Below, in pieces: positions 8,409 through 17,928 of a stretch of DNA of 64,000 bases. The number at the start of each line of letters is the position of its first letter. Position 1 is the stretch's first letter. The position numbers were made by a program, and so were the translations under genes. Origin of the DNA: a virus; IMG/VR virus record IMGVR_UViG_3300031992_004571; one strand, given 5' to 3'. The notes below the pieces were generated by a model. It searched no databases. It was given only the letters and a program-made list of their open reading frames with translations, and was not told the origin of the DNA.

Positions 8409-11393
8409 TTATGATAAATTTTTCTTCGGTGGAAGGTTCAAAACCTTACCGCCTTTGTTGACCTTCTGGGCAAACTCCAGAGACTTACTAATACCACTAC
8501 GATCCCAATCACGCACGAATGCTTCCAAGGCGTGCTGGTAGTCACATTTCAACTCTCGCTTATACAACTTCAAAGCCTCTTTCTCAGCCTTCTCAGTGGT
8601 ATAGCACATATAACACTCCCGAGGTTCCTCAATACCGAACACGTCACCCTCGGTACCACGCTTGATAAAGACCTCCTTGAAAGGACTGCGGCCAGCCTTG
8701 TTGTCAAGGCGGTTAATCGTAAAGATCTTCTTACAGTCGATATCAGTAAGGGCCAGTGTGGCCTTGATGTCGTCGAACTTATCCTTGAACTTGCTCTGAT
8801 CCAGCAACATGAACACGTCACTATTGCTAATGATAGCCTCCTTAACGATAGGGGAGGAAGTGATGTCCTGAATCTCCTGTGTCACAACACCGACCATTGC
8901 CCAGTGCTTACGGGCCGTCTTATACAGATACTTGATATATTCGGCCATGACAGGGGTGGCAATGGCTTTCCACGCCTCTTCGATAACCAAGCATTTCCTG
9001 CATTTACTCTTGATACGCATTTTTTGTGTAAACACGTCCATGATAATCAGAACAATAATCGGGAACAGAACGGGGTCATCCTTCACCTTATCAATCTCAA
9101 AGACGATGAACTGCTCATCGAATAACGAACTATCCATATCGTTGTTGAGGGTGTACTCCAGGGTACCACCACGATAGAACGGCTTCAGAATAGCGGCAAA
9201 CTCGTTGATATCAAAATTGATGGAGTCCTCACGCATAATCTGAGGAATACGCTGACGAGCGAACTCATAGTAACTGTTGAAAGACAGTTCAGTGACACGC
9301 AACGACTTACGCTGCTGCTCACGCTTCGTAATCTCGCGCTCGATCTTTTCCAAAAACTTACCTTCGATAATCTCAGGAGTCAATCGCTGCAACTGATTAC
9401 GGGCAGCGGTCTTCTCACCTTCGGTACTGGCTTCATCGTCAATCTTCGCCTGCAGTTTCTCACTCAGGCGCATCTTCTTCTCGTAGCGTTCACGCTCTTC
9501 ATCGGTGATATCATAAGAGCCTGTACCGTTCCTGGTCTGTAACTCTTCCTCGTACTTCTCATACTCGCCGTTACTCTTAGCGGCAATGACAAGACTCTGG
9601 TGAAGCTCTTCTCTCTCCGCTTCAGTATAACCCTTAAAGGGGGTAAAGTATTCACGATAATACTCCATGATAGTACGCTCTATGATATAACTCTCAATCT
9701 TCGTGGGTTCCTGCGTACCCTTGAAGATAAGGAAAATGAGCGACATCAGGAAGTTCTTCTTCTCACCAAAGTTCTGGGTGTACTCCACCTCAGTAACCTT
9801 GAATGGGTTCATAGAGATAGGATTCTCCTTAGTATAGGAGATATACGTTCCTCCAAAATAACTGCACTGCCCCTCGTAGCTGTCACCGGTATCCACAATG
9901 ACAACATCCGTATTCTGTTCGTAATACTGGCGTACAACGGTATTCATGAAGAATGACTTACCGCTACCCGAGGGGCCGAGAACGAAAAAATTGGAATTGT
10001 TCGTATATTTGATTTTACCTTCCTTACCCGTCGTGTCGATAGGCATCGGCACACCTTGACGGTCAGTATAATAACACTTGACTGGAGTGTCATCACCCTT
10101 GGTCTGACGCTCCTTATACATCAGACATAACGCTGCATCACTCAGCGTCAGGAAACGGTCGTAATCAGGACTCATCCTGAACACGTTACCGGGGAACGAG
10201 GCCACAAACAACTCCAACTGGTTGTAAGCCCGCTTGGAGATATGAATACTCTGACGGGCAAAGATATTCTCCAGATGGTTTGTCACCTTCTGCATGTCCT
10301 TATCGGCATCCATAGCGACAATCAAATTGAAATGGGCATAGACAAGTTGCTTGCCCTCTCTGGCAATGACCTCCTGCACCTTCTTAATATCCTCAACAGC
10401 CATCGCATTAGACGGGTTGGGGACAGAGGCATGACGGTTCTTCTTCTTATCGAGCATAGCCAGCTCTCTCTTCTGGTTGGGAAGGAAAACAACCTGGTTA
10501 TAGATGACCGTATCAACCTCTGGAATATGGTCTATCTCACTCATCAGGTCAACAGGCATTACAGCATTGTTCACCGTCATATCTACATAAGGACGGAGAA
10601 CACCAGGCAGGCCCACAGAGTCCACATCCAACAGGCTATAGACCTTTGCCTGACGGTTGCCCATATGAATCTCTTCACTGTCAACCTTGAAGTTTGTCAT
10701 GGAGAAATTCTTATCCCTGAAATTCACGGCAAAGAAACGATCGGCATACTCACGAGCCTCACTGACATTAAGGAAACGGGCCGTCTTAATGCCTCCGTCA
10801 TGTAACTGGTCCGAAACCTTACGGATCTTTACAAGGAAGTCACGCCATTTGCTGCTGTCATAACTCAGCAAGGCGCTCTTCTTACATTCCTGCGTAATAA
10901 TAAGATAGGTACTGGCAGCGGTATACTCGCGGCCATCAAAGAACCTGAAATAGGCATCGGACAGAAAGCGACGGCTCTCATCCTTGCCGCTATTGTCGAT
11001 TTGACTCATGTCAAAATGGCGTCTCACAAAGATATCCTGTTTATGCAGGGCATAGCCCTCACCCAACGTCTGGACGATAGCGGTCATCAGATTGGTGAAA
11101 TCATAATAACAATCGGTGTCTGCAGAGAACTTCTGCACAGGGTTCTCCATCTTCAGGATGGCAGAATACTCACCACTCTTCGTATAGAGGACTCCGACAC
11201 CATCCGCTTCCTCTATACTATAATAGATATCCTTGAAGACATTGGCACGCTTACCGCCTGTGCCAAAGGCCCAAACGGATACTCCCATGCCCACAAGGAA
11301 ACAAATAAATCCTATGATAACAATAACTGTCCACATAACATTAGTATTTAATGCGCCGCGAATGAGCGAAGATAAAGATACCTTTCTCTTCAT
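8409..11393 (-). CDS. traG: Conjugative transfer ATPase TraG (VirB4 family) with an inserted charged coiled-coil segment
   Basis: Walker A GPSGSGKS, N-terminal TM, and an extra E/K-rich insertion (EEELQTRNG...EKKMRLSEKLQAKIDDEAST). The true start may be the internal Met at ~11336, which would avoid the 53-nt overlap with traF. Confidence 0.9.
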   Translation of the reverse strand: MKRKVSLSSLIRGALNTNVMWTVIVIIGFICFLVGMGVSVWAFGTGGKRANVFKDIYYSIEEADGVGVLYTKSGEYSAILKMENPVQKFSADTDCYYDFTNLMTAIVQTLGEGYALHKQDIFVRRHFDMSQIDNSGKDESRRFLSDAYFRFFDGREYTAASTYLIITQECKKSALLSYDSSKWRDFLVKIRKVSDQLHDGGIKTARFLNVSEAREYADRFFAVNFRDKNFSMTNFKVDSEEIHMGNRQAKVYSLLDVDSVGLPGVLRPYVDMTVNNAVMPVDLMSEIDHIPEVDTVIYNQVVFLPNQKRELAMLDKKKNRHASVPNPSNAMAVEDIKKVQEVIAREGKQLVYAHFNLIVAMDADKDMQKVTNHLENIFARQSIHISKRAYNQLELFVASFPGNVFRMSPDYDRFLTLSDAALCLMYKERQTKGDDTPVKCYYTDRQGVPMPIDTTGKEGKIKYTNNSNFFVLGPSGSGKSFFMNTVVRQYYEQNTDVVIVDTGDSYEGQCSYFGGTYISYTKENPISMNPFKVTEVEYTQNFGEKKNFLMSLIFLIFKGTQEPTKIESYIIERTIMEYYREYFTPFKGYTEAEREELHQSLVIAAKSNGEYEKYEEELQTRNGTGSYDITDEERERYEKKMRLSEKLQAKIDDEASTEGEKTAARNQLQRLTPEIIEGKFLEKIEREITKREQQRKSLRVTELSFNSYYEFARQRIPQIMREDSINFDINEFAAILKPFYRGGTLEYTLNNDMDSSLFDEQFIVFEIDKVKDDPVLFPIIVLIIMDVFTQKMRIKSKCRKCLVIEEAWKAIATPVMAEYIKYLYKTARKHWAMVGVVTQEIQDITSSPIVKEAIISNSDVFMLLDQSKFKDKFDDIKATLALTDIDCKKIFTINRLDNKAGRSPFKEVFIKRGTEGDVFGIEEPRECYMCYTTEKAEKEALKLYKRELKCDYQHALEAFVRDWDRSGISKSLEFAQKVNKGGKVLNLPPKKNLS

Positions 11394-11643
11394 TCTTGGA
11401 GTGCAAACCCTTACGCTGCTTAACGAAGGTCATCACACCGCCAAAGGCAAGGATGCACGTCAACAATACCAGCGCAACGACAAAGCCGACGGCAACATAA
11501 CCTATAAGAAACGCGACGATACCGCCACCGGCAGTACCAGCCGCCCAATAAATGTAGCGACCTTGAAAACCCAGAAATTCAAGAGGCCGCTGAAGCCCCT
11601 TGAACACTGGATAATCTGGATAGAGATCGTTAACCTGTTCCAT
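11341..11643 (-). CDS. traF: TraF-like small membrane protein
   Basis: Internal ATG confirmed (cat at 11641-11643). Protein begins MEQVNDLYPDYPVFKGLQRP with a C-terminal double TM. Sits between traE and traG. Confidence 0.55.
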   Translation of the reverse strand: MEQVNDLYPDYPVFKGLQRPLEFLGFQGRYIYWAAGTAGGGIVAFLIGYVAVGFVVALVLLTCILAFGGVMTFVKQRKGLHSKNEEKGIFIFAHSRRIKY

Positions 11644-11662
11644 GCTAAAGCATTTTCGCAGA

Positions 11663-12061
11663 TTACTCAGAAATACCGAAGAACAGAGGCAGAGCCTGGG
11701 CTGCTGCAATCAGGAAGATACAGGCACCCACGAGCATCATGATGCTCTTCTTGACATCCTGCTCCTCGTTGTTCATCTTGATGTACACGCTGATGGCACC
11801 AACCACAGCGACCACACCGGCGATGGCGTAGCACAGCTTCACAGCAACGGGAACATACTTCGCGATCTCAGTGGTGACAGTGCCGAGAGCAGTAGTACCG
11901 GCAGAATAGTCACCGGCAGAGTTCTGGGCGAACACAAAAGAGACCATGCAGAGCATCATAAGCGTAGCTCCGAAACGAGGCGACATCAACGCCTTCTCAC
12001 ACTTGTCGACGAGTCCCATCAGGGCACCCTTGACAACCTTAGAAAAACCTTTCTTGTTCAT
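11663..12061 (-). CDS. traE: TraE-like pilin-type membrane protein
   Basis: 132 aa with a signal/TM, a Gly/Ala-rich segment and a C-terminal TM. Confidence 0.55.
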   Translation of the reverse strand: MNKKGFSKVVKGALMGLVDKCEKALMSPRFGATLMMLCMVSFVFAQNSAGDYSAGTTALGTVTTEIAKYVPVAVKLCYAIAGVVAVVGAISVYIKMNNEEQDVKKSIMMLVGACIFLIAAAQALPLFFGISE

Positions 12062-12131
12062 TTTACTGAAAAAACGGTTAAATTAAACTTTGTGTTAACT
12101 GAAAATTGAGATATGGAATTTGATATTCTAA

Positions 12132-12512
12132 TCAACCGAAGGGAGACCCGGACGAGCCGACACTATAGCCGAAGAAGGCCGGCATGACAATGGTGGCACC
12201 AATGAGAAAAAGGATGGCTCCAAGGAGCATCAAGACTGACTTCGTAAAGCCTTCCTCACCAGCCTGCATCTTGATATAGATAACAGTGGCATTGTAGATA
12301 GCCAAGAGCGAAGCGACGGCATACAAAAGGCCGACGACATAACCCATCGTCAGCACGACTTCCTCCGTCATCTCAGCCAAAGCCTGAGCAGTCAGGGAAT
12401 AGTTGACACCACCATTGCTGACCGTGACAGCACCAACGCTGCCTACCGTCTGTAAACAGAACAGTAGCATAACCAATCGCCTGTATATCGTATTATTCTT
12501 CATCTTCATCAT
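12132..12512 (-). CDS. Second TraE-like paralog
   Basis: 126 aa with the same architecture as 11663-12061 (N-terminal TM, central segment, C-terminal TM AILFLIGATIVMPAFFG). Confidence 0.5.
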   Translation of the reverse strand: MMKMKNNTIYRRLVMLLFCLQTVGSVGAVTVSNGGVNYSLTAQALAEMTEEVVLTMGYVVGLLYAVASLLAIYNATVIYIKMQAGEEGFTKSVLMLLGAILFLIGATIVMPAFFGYSVGSSGSPFG

Positions 12513-12538
12513 CCTTTATCACGCTGTCCTTACAGCAG

Positions 12539-13054
12539 TTACATGTTCACGTAATGTCGAAGAATACGGGACTTCTGACTCATGGGCTGGGCCATCAGCA
12601 CAGCGAAGTCCTCACTGCGATACTCATCCTGGTAATGGGGAGAAACAGGATCCATCTGTTCTTGTACGGCCTTCAGACTCTCGTAAGCAGCCTGGCTCTC
12701 CTGACTCTCCTGATTCAGCAACTCTTCATCATCGGGACTTTCCACCACCAGTTGCTCCTTCTGGTCCACTTCGTCATCGTAGTGCTCATCATCCTCAGAA
12801 TCATCCTTCTCTTCAGGAGAAACACCGTCACCAGCATCACTGGCGCTACGGGTGGAATAGCCGTCAGGAGTCTCGTCAACGAGGGTGCCTCCCTCGCTGT
12901 CATCTTCACCACCAGACATATCGCTGTTGTTAAACTCTTCCGCACTGTCTTTCTTCTGGCCCTTCTTACCGAACAGATCCATCAGAATGGCAACGGCCAT
13001 ATAAACGATGTATAGGCCGGTAACGACAAAGGCGTAAATTGCAAATGCACTCAT
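12539..13054 (-). CDS. TraD-like protein: N-terminal TM followed by a highly acidic tail
   Basis: ATG confirmed at 13052-13054 (MSAFAIYAFVVTGLYIVYMAVAIL). Tail is very D/E-rich (EDDSEGG...DDEHYDDEVD). First gene of the minus-strand tra operon. Confidence 0.45.
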   Translation of the reverse strand: MSAFAIYAFVVTGLYIVYMAVAILMDLFGKKGQKKDSAEEFNNSDMSGGEDDSEGGTLVDETPDGYSTRSASDAGDGVSPEEKDDSEDDEHYDDEVDQKEQLVVESPDDEELLNQESQESQAAYESLKAVQEQMDPVSPHYQDEYRSEDFAVLMAQPMSQKSRILRHYVNM

Positions 13055-13135
13055 ATTCTTCTTTTTCTTTTCGTCTTTTACTCTCAGGCGACAAAGGCCA
13101 ACAGACACAATGCAACGCCTGATTTTTCGGTGCAA

Positions 13136-13470
13136 AGAAACTGTTTTTACGCCGCAAAAGCCGTCTTGAAAAATTTTATCTCGTATATTAACATTTTCAC
13201 GACCCGCAAAGTCGTAAAACGCTTCATATAAGACTTTTACAGAGATTTTCCTGTTTTACACACTCGAAAACAGGACATGAGATAACATAGAAAAAGACAC
13301 AGTTCAGCCGTCCCGTAAAGCAACATCTTTACAGGACTAAACCAACGCACATATATTATAAAATAAGGTACGCGCGTATAAGAACACAACAACTTCACAT
13401 CCATTGTAGCCGTCCGTGTTCTCCTTTTTTATCGAGTACGTCCAGACTCCCGGACTATACCATCATCGTA
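13136..13470. promoter_or_regulatory. Intergenic control region upstream of the tra operon containing a perfect 8-bp-stem hairpin and two CCGCAAA(A)G motifs
   Basis: Hairpin cctgttttacacactcgaaaacagg at 13250-13274. Motifs tacgccgcaaaagccgtc (~13150) and gacccgcaaagtcgtaaaacg (~13201). No ORFs. Confidence 0.35.
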
Positions 13471-13471
13471 T

Positions 13472-13665
13472 TTGCCATTTTCCTTGCAAAGGTAGGGAGG
13501 CCCGTAGCCATGCCAAGTACCAGTCGCACACTCCCTATTTCAGAAAAATTTGGTAAAGCCCCAGGGCATTTTCTTTTGGCACAAGACACAAAACAAAATC
13601 AAAATTTTACCGAAATTCCTTGGCGAAGGCCACTCTTTAGCCTCTCTCAAAAAACGGCAAGTAAA
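13472..13665 (+). repeat. R1 conserved noncoding module, copy A (5'-truncated), upstream of dnaN
   Basis: Matches the core ttccttgcaaaggtagggagg(c/t)cgtagccatgccaagtaccagtcgcacactccctatttcagaaaaattt... of copies B, C and D with a few substitutions. Confidence 0.8.
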
Positions 13666-13772
13666 AAGGCATACGGATGACGGATATACTCGATGTTCAA
13701 AAAAAAGATCTCACGGACACAATGAAAAGTGAATAAAATAAAAGGCACGGAATCTGGAAACCCGATATTCCT

Positions 13773-13819
13773 GAACGCAATAAACGCAAAGAACGCAATA
13801 AACGCAAAGAACGCAATAA
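13773..13819. repeat. Tandem 9-bp iteron-like repeat (gaacgcaat/aaacgcaaa, about 5 units) ~50 bp upstream of dnaN
   Basis: Direct reading: gaacgcaataaacgcaaagaacgcaataaacgcaaagaacgcaataa. Confidence 0.85.
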
Positions 13820-13862
13820 CAAACATAATTTTTCATTAGAGGTTGCGCACGACACGGAATAA

Positions 13863-15005
13863 GTGCATACAACTATGACATTTACAGTTTCAAACAAGAC
13901 CCTCGGTGACGCTCTGAACCTTCTCATTAAGGTGGTAAGTTCAAAGAACGTACTCCCCATCCTCGACAACTTCATCTTCTCGGTGAAGGGTGAAGAACTG
14001 ACACTGACAGCAGCAGACACAGAGAACATGATGACTGCCCGCATCAGCCTCACGGATGCCAGTGGAGAGGGTGACTTCGCCGTCAACGCCAAGAGCATGA
14101 TGGATGCAGTGAAGAATATCGCTGACATCCCCCTGACCTTCACCTTTGAAGAGGACAACAACAGCGTGAAGGTGGCATACCAGAATGGCATGTTTACCCT
14201 GCCGACGGATAACACCAACGAGTTTCCGAATATCGGTGACATCAAGGCAGATGCTCTGACCTTCGACATCCCAGAGAATATCCTACAGGAGAATATAGCA
14301 CGTACCGTTTTCGCAACGGCACAAGACGAACTGAGACCCGTGATGAACGGCATCTTCTTCGACCTCACAGCAGAGAGTCTGAACATCGTAGCATCAGACG
14401 GCCATCAACTGGTACGTAACAAGATACTCAACATCAAGGGTGAGGACACGAACATTGGTTCCTTCATCCTGCCGAAGAAACCGGCCCATATCCTCAAGAA
14501 CACACTCCGTAAGACGGACGGCACCGTCAGCATTAAAGCCGACGACCAGAGGGTAGAGGTGGTGACAGAGACATTCACACTCAACTGCCGACTCATTGAG
14601 GGACGCTACCCAAACTATAATAGCGTCATCCCCAAGAGTAACCCGAACATCCTCATAGCAGACAGAATGAGCCTGATCGGTGCGCTGAAGCGTATCAACC
14701 CCTTCGCCAACACAAGCAGCTGCCTCGTGAGGGTACACGTAGAGCCTGGCACCCTGCAACTCGAAGCCGAGGATTACGACTTCTCGAAGATGGCAACGGA
14801 ACGGATGGCATGTGAGTATGAGGGTGCTACCTTCACTATCGGTTTCAAAGGATCTTCATTCATAGAGATTCTTGACAACATCAAGAGCGCAGAGATACAG
14901 ATGCAACTGGCAGACCCCAGCCGCGCAGCTCTCATCCTTCCTGCAGAGCAGACGGAAGAGCAGGAGATACTGATGCTCCAGATGCCGATGCTTATCAACG
15001 ACTGA
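13863..15005 (+). CDS. dnaN: DNA polymerase III beta sliding clamp (DnaN) homolog
   Basis: 380 aa. The MTFTVSNKTLGDALNLL start resembles DnaN MKFTV... The three-domain length matches. Probable true ATG at 13875. Confidence 0.7.
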   Translation: MHTTMTFTVSNKTLGDALNLLIKVVSSKNVLPILDNFIFSVKGEELTLTAADTENMMTARISLTDASGEGDFAVNAKSMMDAVKNIADIPLTFTFEEDNNSVKVAYQNGMFTLPTDNTNEFPNIGDIKADALTFDIPENILQENIARTVFATAQDELRPVMNGIFFDLTAESLNIVASDGHQLVRNKILNIKGEDTNIGSFILPKKPAHILKNTLRKTDGTVSIKADDQRVEVVTETFTLNCRLIEGRYPNYNSVIPKSNPNILIADRMSLIGALKRINPFANTSSCLVRVHVEPGTLQLEAEDYDFSKMATERMACEYEGATFTIGFKGSSFIEILDNIKSAEIQMQLADPSRAALILPAEQTEEQEILMLQMPMLIND

Positions 15006-15075
15006 TAATGTACTCCAGTGTACCAGAGTGTACTTCACTGAACTACACTGAATTTTCTTTTGTTCATACGATCCG

Positions 15076-15103
15076 AAAGTCCTGCCTGTGAAGGTGGGAC
15101 TTT
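15076..15103 (+). terminator. Weak hairpin downstream of dnaN (7-bp stem, no clear U-tract)
   Basis: aaagtcc-tgcctgtgaaggtg-ggacttt. Confidence 0.2.
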
Positions 15104-15185
15104 CCCATGATAACAATTAACATCATTTTAACAATTTCCGTTCCAAAAATGGCAATTTCTGTGCTATTTACGGCAAGAAACGGTC

Positions 15186-15250
15186 TATTTCTGGAAATAA
15201 ATGTACCATTCTTGGAATTATTCTTGGAAATGTTGGAAATCTTGGAAATT
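15186..15250. repeat. Cluster of five TGGAA(A/T)T repeats, partly palindromic (atttctggaaat)
   Basis: atttctggaaataaatgtaccattcttggaattattcttggaaatgttggaaatcttggaaattt. Confidence 0.8.
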
Positions 15251-15299
15251 TCCTCGCGGCGGGATGCTCCCTACAGTCGCATCCCCGGCCAAACCGTTC

Positions 15300-16264
15300 A
15301 GCTTTGACCGTAACAAGGTAGCCGGTGGCTGACTCTCTTCAAACGCATCCGCTATCCGTGCTGAAAAACTATTATCCGTTTCCGTTATCCGTACCCTTAC
15401 GGACTATCCGTGGTGATAATCCGTGCCTGGGCCACTACGTGGAAAGGTAATCCAGAAGCATGTCCGTGTCACTCTAAGGCAATCCGTACTGCCGCTATTA
15501 GTCCCACTCTGGGCAGCATGGCATACCAATGTCGAACTCATTCAGAGGCGAACAATGTTCTGCTTCACCAGTATCGACGTTGGTGTGCTACATGCTTTGG
15601 TCGCCGGACATGATGGCAACGGTACGGATCTGTATCGCCACACAGACGAATGACAACAGGGGCGATGGCGTGCCTCGCGGACAGAACACCCGCAGGAAGG
15701 CGACTTAACGGACGGCGTGATGCTAAGATTTGTGCCAGAGAGGTGCTGCACTATGTCGATGGGTGCAACCAGTTACCACCTATCGCCATTTCCCGACGGC
15801 ATACTGCTGTCAGAAACCCCTTGCACGTCACCGCCGCAAATCCACATCCCTGCACGTTCCTATCACTTTCCTCCAGGTGTCCATGCCATGAGTCACTGAT
15901 GCCACCACACCCCTAACGTCATTCCCGCATAGTACGGGAACACAAGGCACCACATACTATGCCGCTTCCTCCGAGACGGTTTTCAACTAACTTCGTTAAA
16001 CACTTTTCTACCTTTGTACTTACATTTCCATCATTCAATTCAAGAAACACCAATAACAGCCCCATCACCATTCGTCCATCTGATAAGACCTTATTGTTCT
16101 CCCTGTTAGTGCAAGCATTAACCTGGAGTACACCCGGACACATCATCTGGAAGTCGGGCGATAACAAAACTTCCGTCGGGAACAGAAGCATAGTTATCGT
16201 GCCGATGGCACAAGCCCGTCTGGCGAATGGATCTTTGGACTGTATTAAATATTCAAATCAGGGT
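15300..16264. other. GC-rich (~52%) ~1 kb segment with no ORF over 90 aa. Either a decayed gene or a structured ncRNA.
   Basis: Six-frame track shows only short overlapping ORFs. Composition differs from the flanks. Confidence 0.4.
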
Positions 16265-16550
16265 GCTTCGCAATACCATTCCAATCCTATTTCCTTAATC
16301 CTACGCCCACACCAAAGAGTATGTTTCATCCTGGCACAGAACCTTCTCATACTCAGCAGCAGAGCCGCAGGGTAGGATAAGGCACTGTTTACAGGAACAT
16401 GGGCGATGACAGACGCTTTCAATTCCTTAGACAAACCACTGGCAATCTCCGACAAGGCTCCGAAGCATCAGCAGTTTGTCTCTTCCTTGAAAACGACACT
16501 CATCCTAATGCCCATGTGGTGAAACATCACTCTTTCCCAACCCCCAAAAA
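16265..16550 (+). repeat. R2 conserved noncoding module, copy 1
   Basis: About 286 bp, colinear with 51575-51860. Conserved core gtttcatcctg.cacagaaccttctcatactcagcagcagagccgcagggtaggataaggcactgtttacaggaacatggg.gatgacag with a variable middle. Confidence 0.8.
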
Positions 16551-16584
16551 TCCGAACTTCCAGATAATTTTATACCTCCATTGT

Positions 16585-16615
16585 ACCAAATACCGCCTAT
16601 TTGGTACTTTTTAAT
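16585..16615 (+). terminator. Rho-independent terminator-like hairpin following R2 copy 1
   Basis: taccaaata-ccgcc-tatttggta followed by ctttttaatt. Confidence 0.5.
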
Positions 16616-16790
16616 TATTTCATAGAATAAACAAAAAAACGCATTTTTCCACATCGATGCGTTAATAATCGTTTTTTCTCCACGGAGTAGTAAAAACTCA
16701 ATGATAAATGGTGGAACAAAAAATGCAAACTTGAACAAAACATGAAGGTCTCATCAATGTCAGGTTATGTGGGTGTTTTTCACCCTAAAC

Positions 16791-17180
16791 GGTTCATTCC
16801 GCTTACGCGACGCCGTTTTCCTTGCAAAGGTAGGGAGGCTCGTAGCCATGCCAAGTACCAGTCGCACACTCCCTATTTCAGAAAAATTTTGTAAAGCCAG
16901 GGCATTTTCTTTTGGCACAAGGCACAAAACAAAATCAAAATTTTATCCGAAATTCCTTGGCGAAGGCTACTCTTTAGCCTCTCTCTTTTAATGGCAAGAA
17001 AAAGGCTATAAGCGAAACGAAGTCGATGACGACTAAAAAACATTAAACATAACTGCTGACTTGATGAGAGAATCAAGATAAGAAAAAGGCAAAGCTCACT
17101 CAGCCGATAACTCTCAAACAGCAGCACACAACAACAAACAAACACCGAAGGCGACGGAATAGAAAAAGCCAACAAACAGT
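16791..17180 (+). repeat. R1 conserved noncoding module, copy B (core plus 3' extension ending at the ATG of the next gene)
   Basis: Core is identical to copy D over ~165 bp apart from one substitution (ctcttta vs ctcctta). Extension gctgacttgatgagagaatcaag...agctcactcagccgataactc...caccgaaggcgacggaata is shared with D and C. Confidence 0.85.
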
Positions 17181-17435
17181 ATGAACGTAAATATTAAGTA
17201 CATCTTCGAGTGCAAGGACGGTTTCAAGTTCGAGCGTGAGACTCCAGAAGAGATTATCCGTATCATGCAGGAGAACTACGATGCGCTGAAGAAGATAGCA
17301 ACAGGCAACGGAGATTTCTGTAACTACTTCATTGATGCTTCCAACGAGTATTTCCCCAAGGGTACAATATGCACCAGCATAGACGGTACTTATAGAGTCT
17401 ATACATTGAGAACGGAGATAACTCAAATAAAGTAA
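17181..17435 (+). CDS. Hypothetical small protein (84 aa), first gene after R1-B
   Basis: ORF immediately 3' of R1. No recognisable motif. Confidence 0.45.
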   Translation: MNVNIKYIFECKDGFKFERETPEEIIRIMQENYDALKKIATGNGDFCNYFIDASNEYFPKGTICTSIDGTYRVYTLRTEITQIK

Positions 17436-17456
17436 TATTGTAAGTAATATTGTAAT
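17432..17456. promoter_or_regulatory. TTGTAATATT direct-repeat motif (reverse orientation of ATTACAATATTACAA)
   Basis: gtaatattgtaagtaatattgtaat. Related sites at 689-703, 46877-46898 and 49136-49150. Confidence 0.4.
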
Positions 17457-17487
17457 AAAACAATAATAACATATAAACATAAGTATT

Positions 17488-17880
17488 ATGGGTAATATCA
17501 CAATCATCCCGAAGCATGTGGACTTCTCACAGAAGATGAAGGAACTCCACCTGGCAATGTGTAAAGAGATTGCCTTTGTTATGGCAGCGACAGGAACGAA
17601 AGAACTGGATCTGCTTGGTACTGATACATGTCACGTCACCATCAAGATGGAACATAAGTTCACTGGAGAGACGGTAGATATTGAGGTGAAAAATGTAATC
17701 CTCAAAAACGACAACTTTTCTGAGGTTAACTTCGGAGAGGTCTATGTCACCTCACCTGACTGGAATTTCTGCGAGGATGAAATCTGTATCAGTAAAAACC
17801 AATACGTCATCCCTTGCAGCATCGAGGAACTGTATGAGGCAGTCTTTGAAAAATGTGACACCAACAGGGAAAAAAAGTAA
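17488..17880 (+). CDS. Hypothetical protein (130 aa)
   Basis: ORF in a co-directional array. Confidence 0.45.
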   Translation: MGNITIIPKHVDFSQKMKELHLAMCKEIAFVMAATGTKELDLLGTDTCHVTIKMEHKFTGETVDIEVKNVILKNDNFSEVNFGEVYVTSPDWNFCEDEICISKNQYVIPCSIEELYEAVFEKCDTNREKK

Positions 17881-17928
17881 GAAGGTAACGGGAGGTCTAA
17901 CCAGCCTCCCACCAAATAAATAATTGTA

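Noticed and set aside
11233-12109. Plus-strand ORFs 11233-11742 and 11642-12109 antisense to traF/traE
   Set aside because: Embedded in the co-directional minus-strand operon. The translations are His/Arg-rich with no motif, so they are spurious.
13773-15250. Possible CRISPR array (tandem 9-bp and TGGAA repeats)
   Set aside because: Units are 7-9 bp with no unique spacers of 25-40 bp and no cas genes nearby, so they are not CRISPR.
15308-15323. 16-mer cgtaacaaggtagccg identical to the conserved 3' end of 16S rRNA
   Set aside because: Flanking sequence shows no further rRNA similarity (no anti-SD tail, no upstream helix 44-45 sequence). Treated as a chance match or tiny fragment, not an rRNA gene.
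15300-16550. Group II intron or retron explanation for the ORF-less GC-rich segment plus R2
   Set aside because: No reverse-transcriptase or maturase ORF is present anywhere nearby. No GUGYG...AY boundaries or domain V consensus were recognised. Left as unexplained noncoding.
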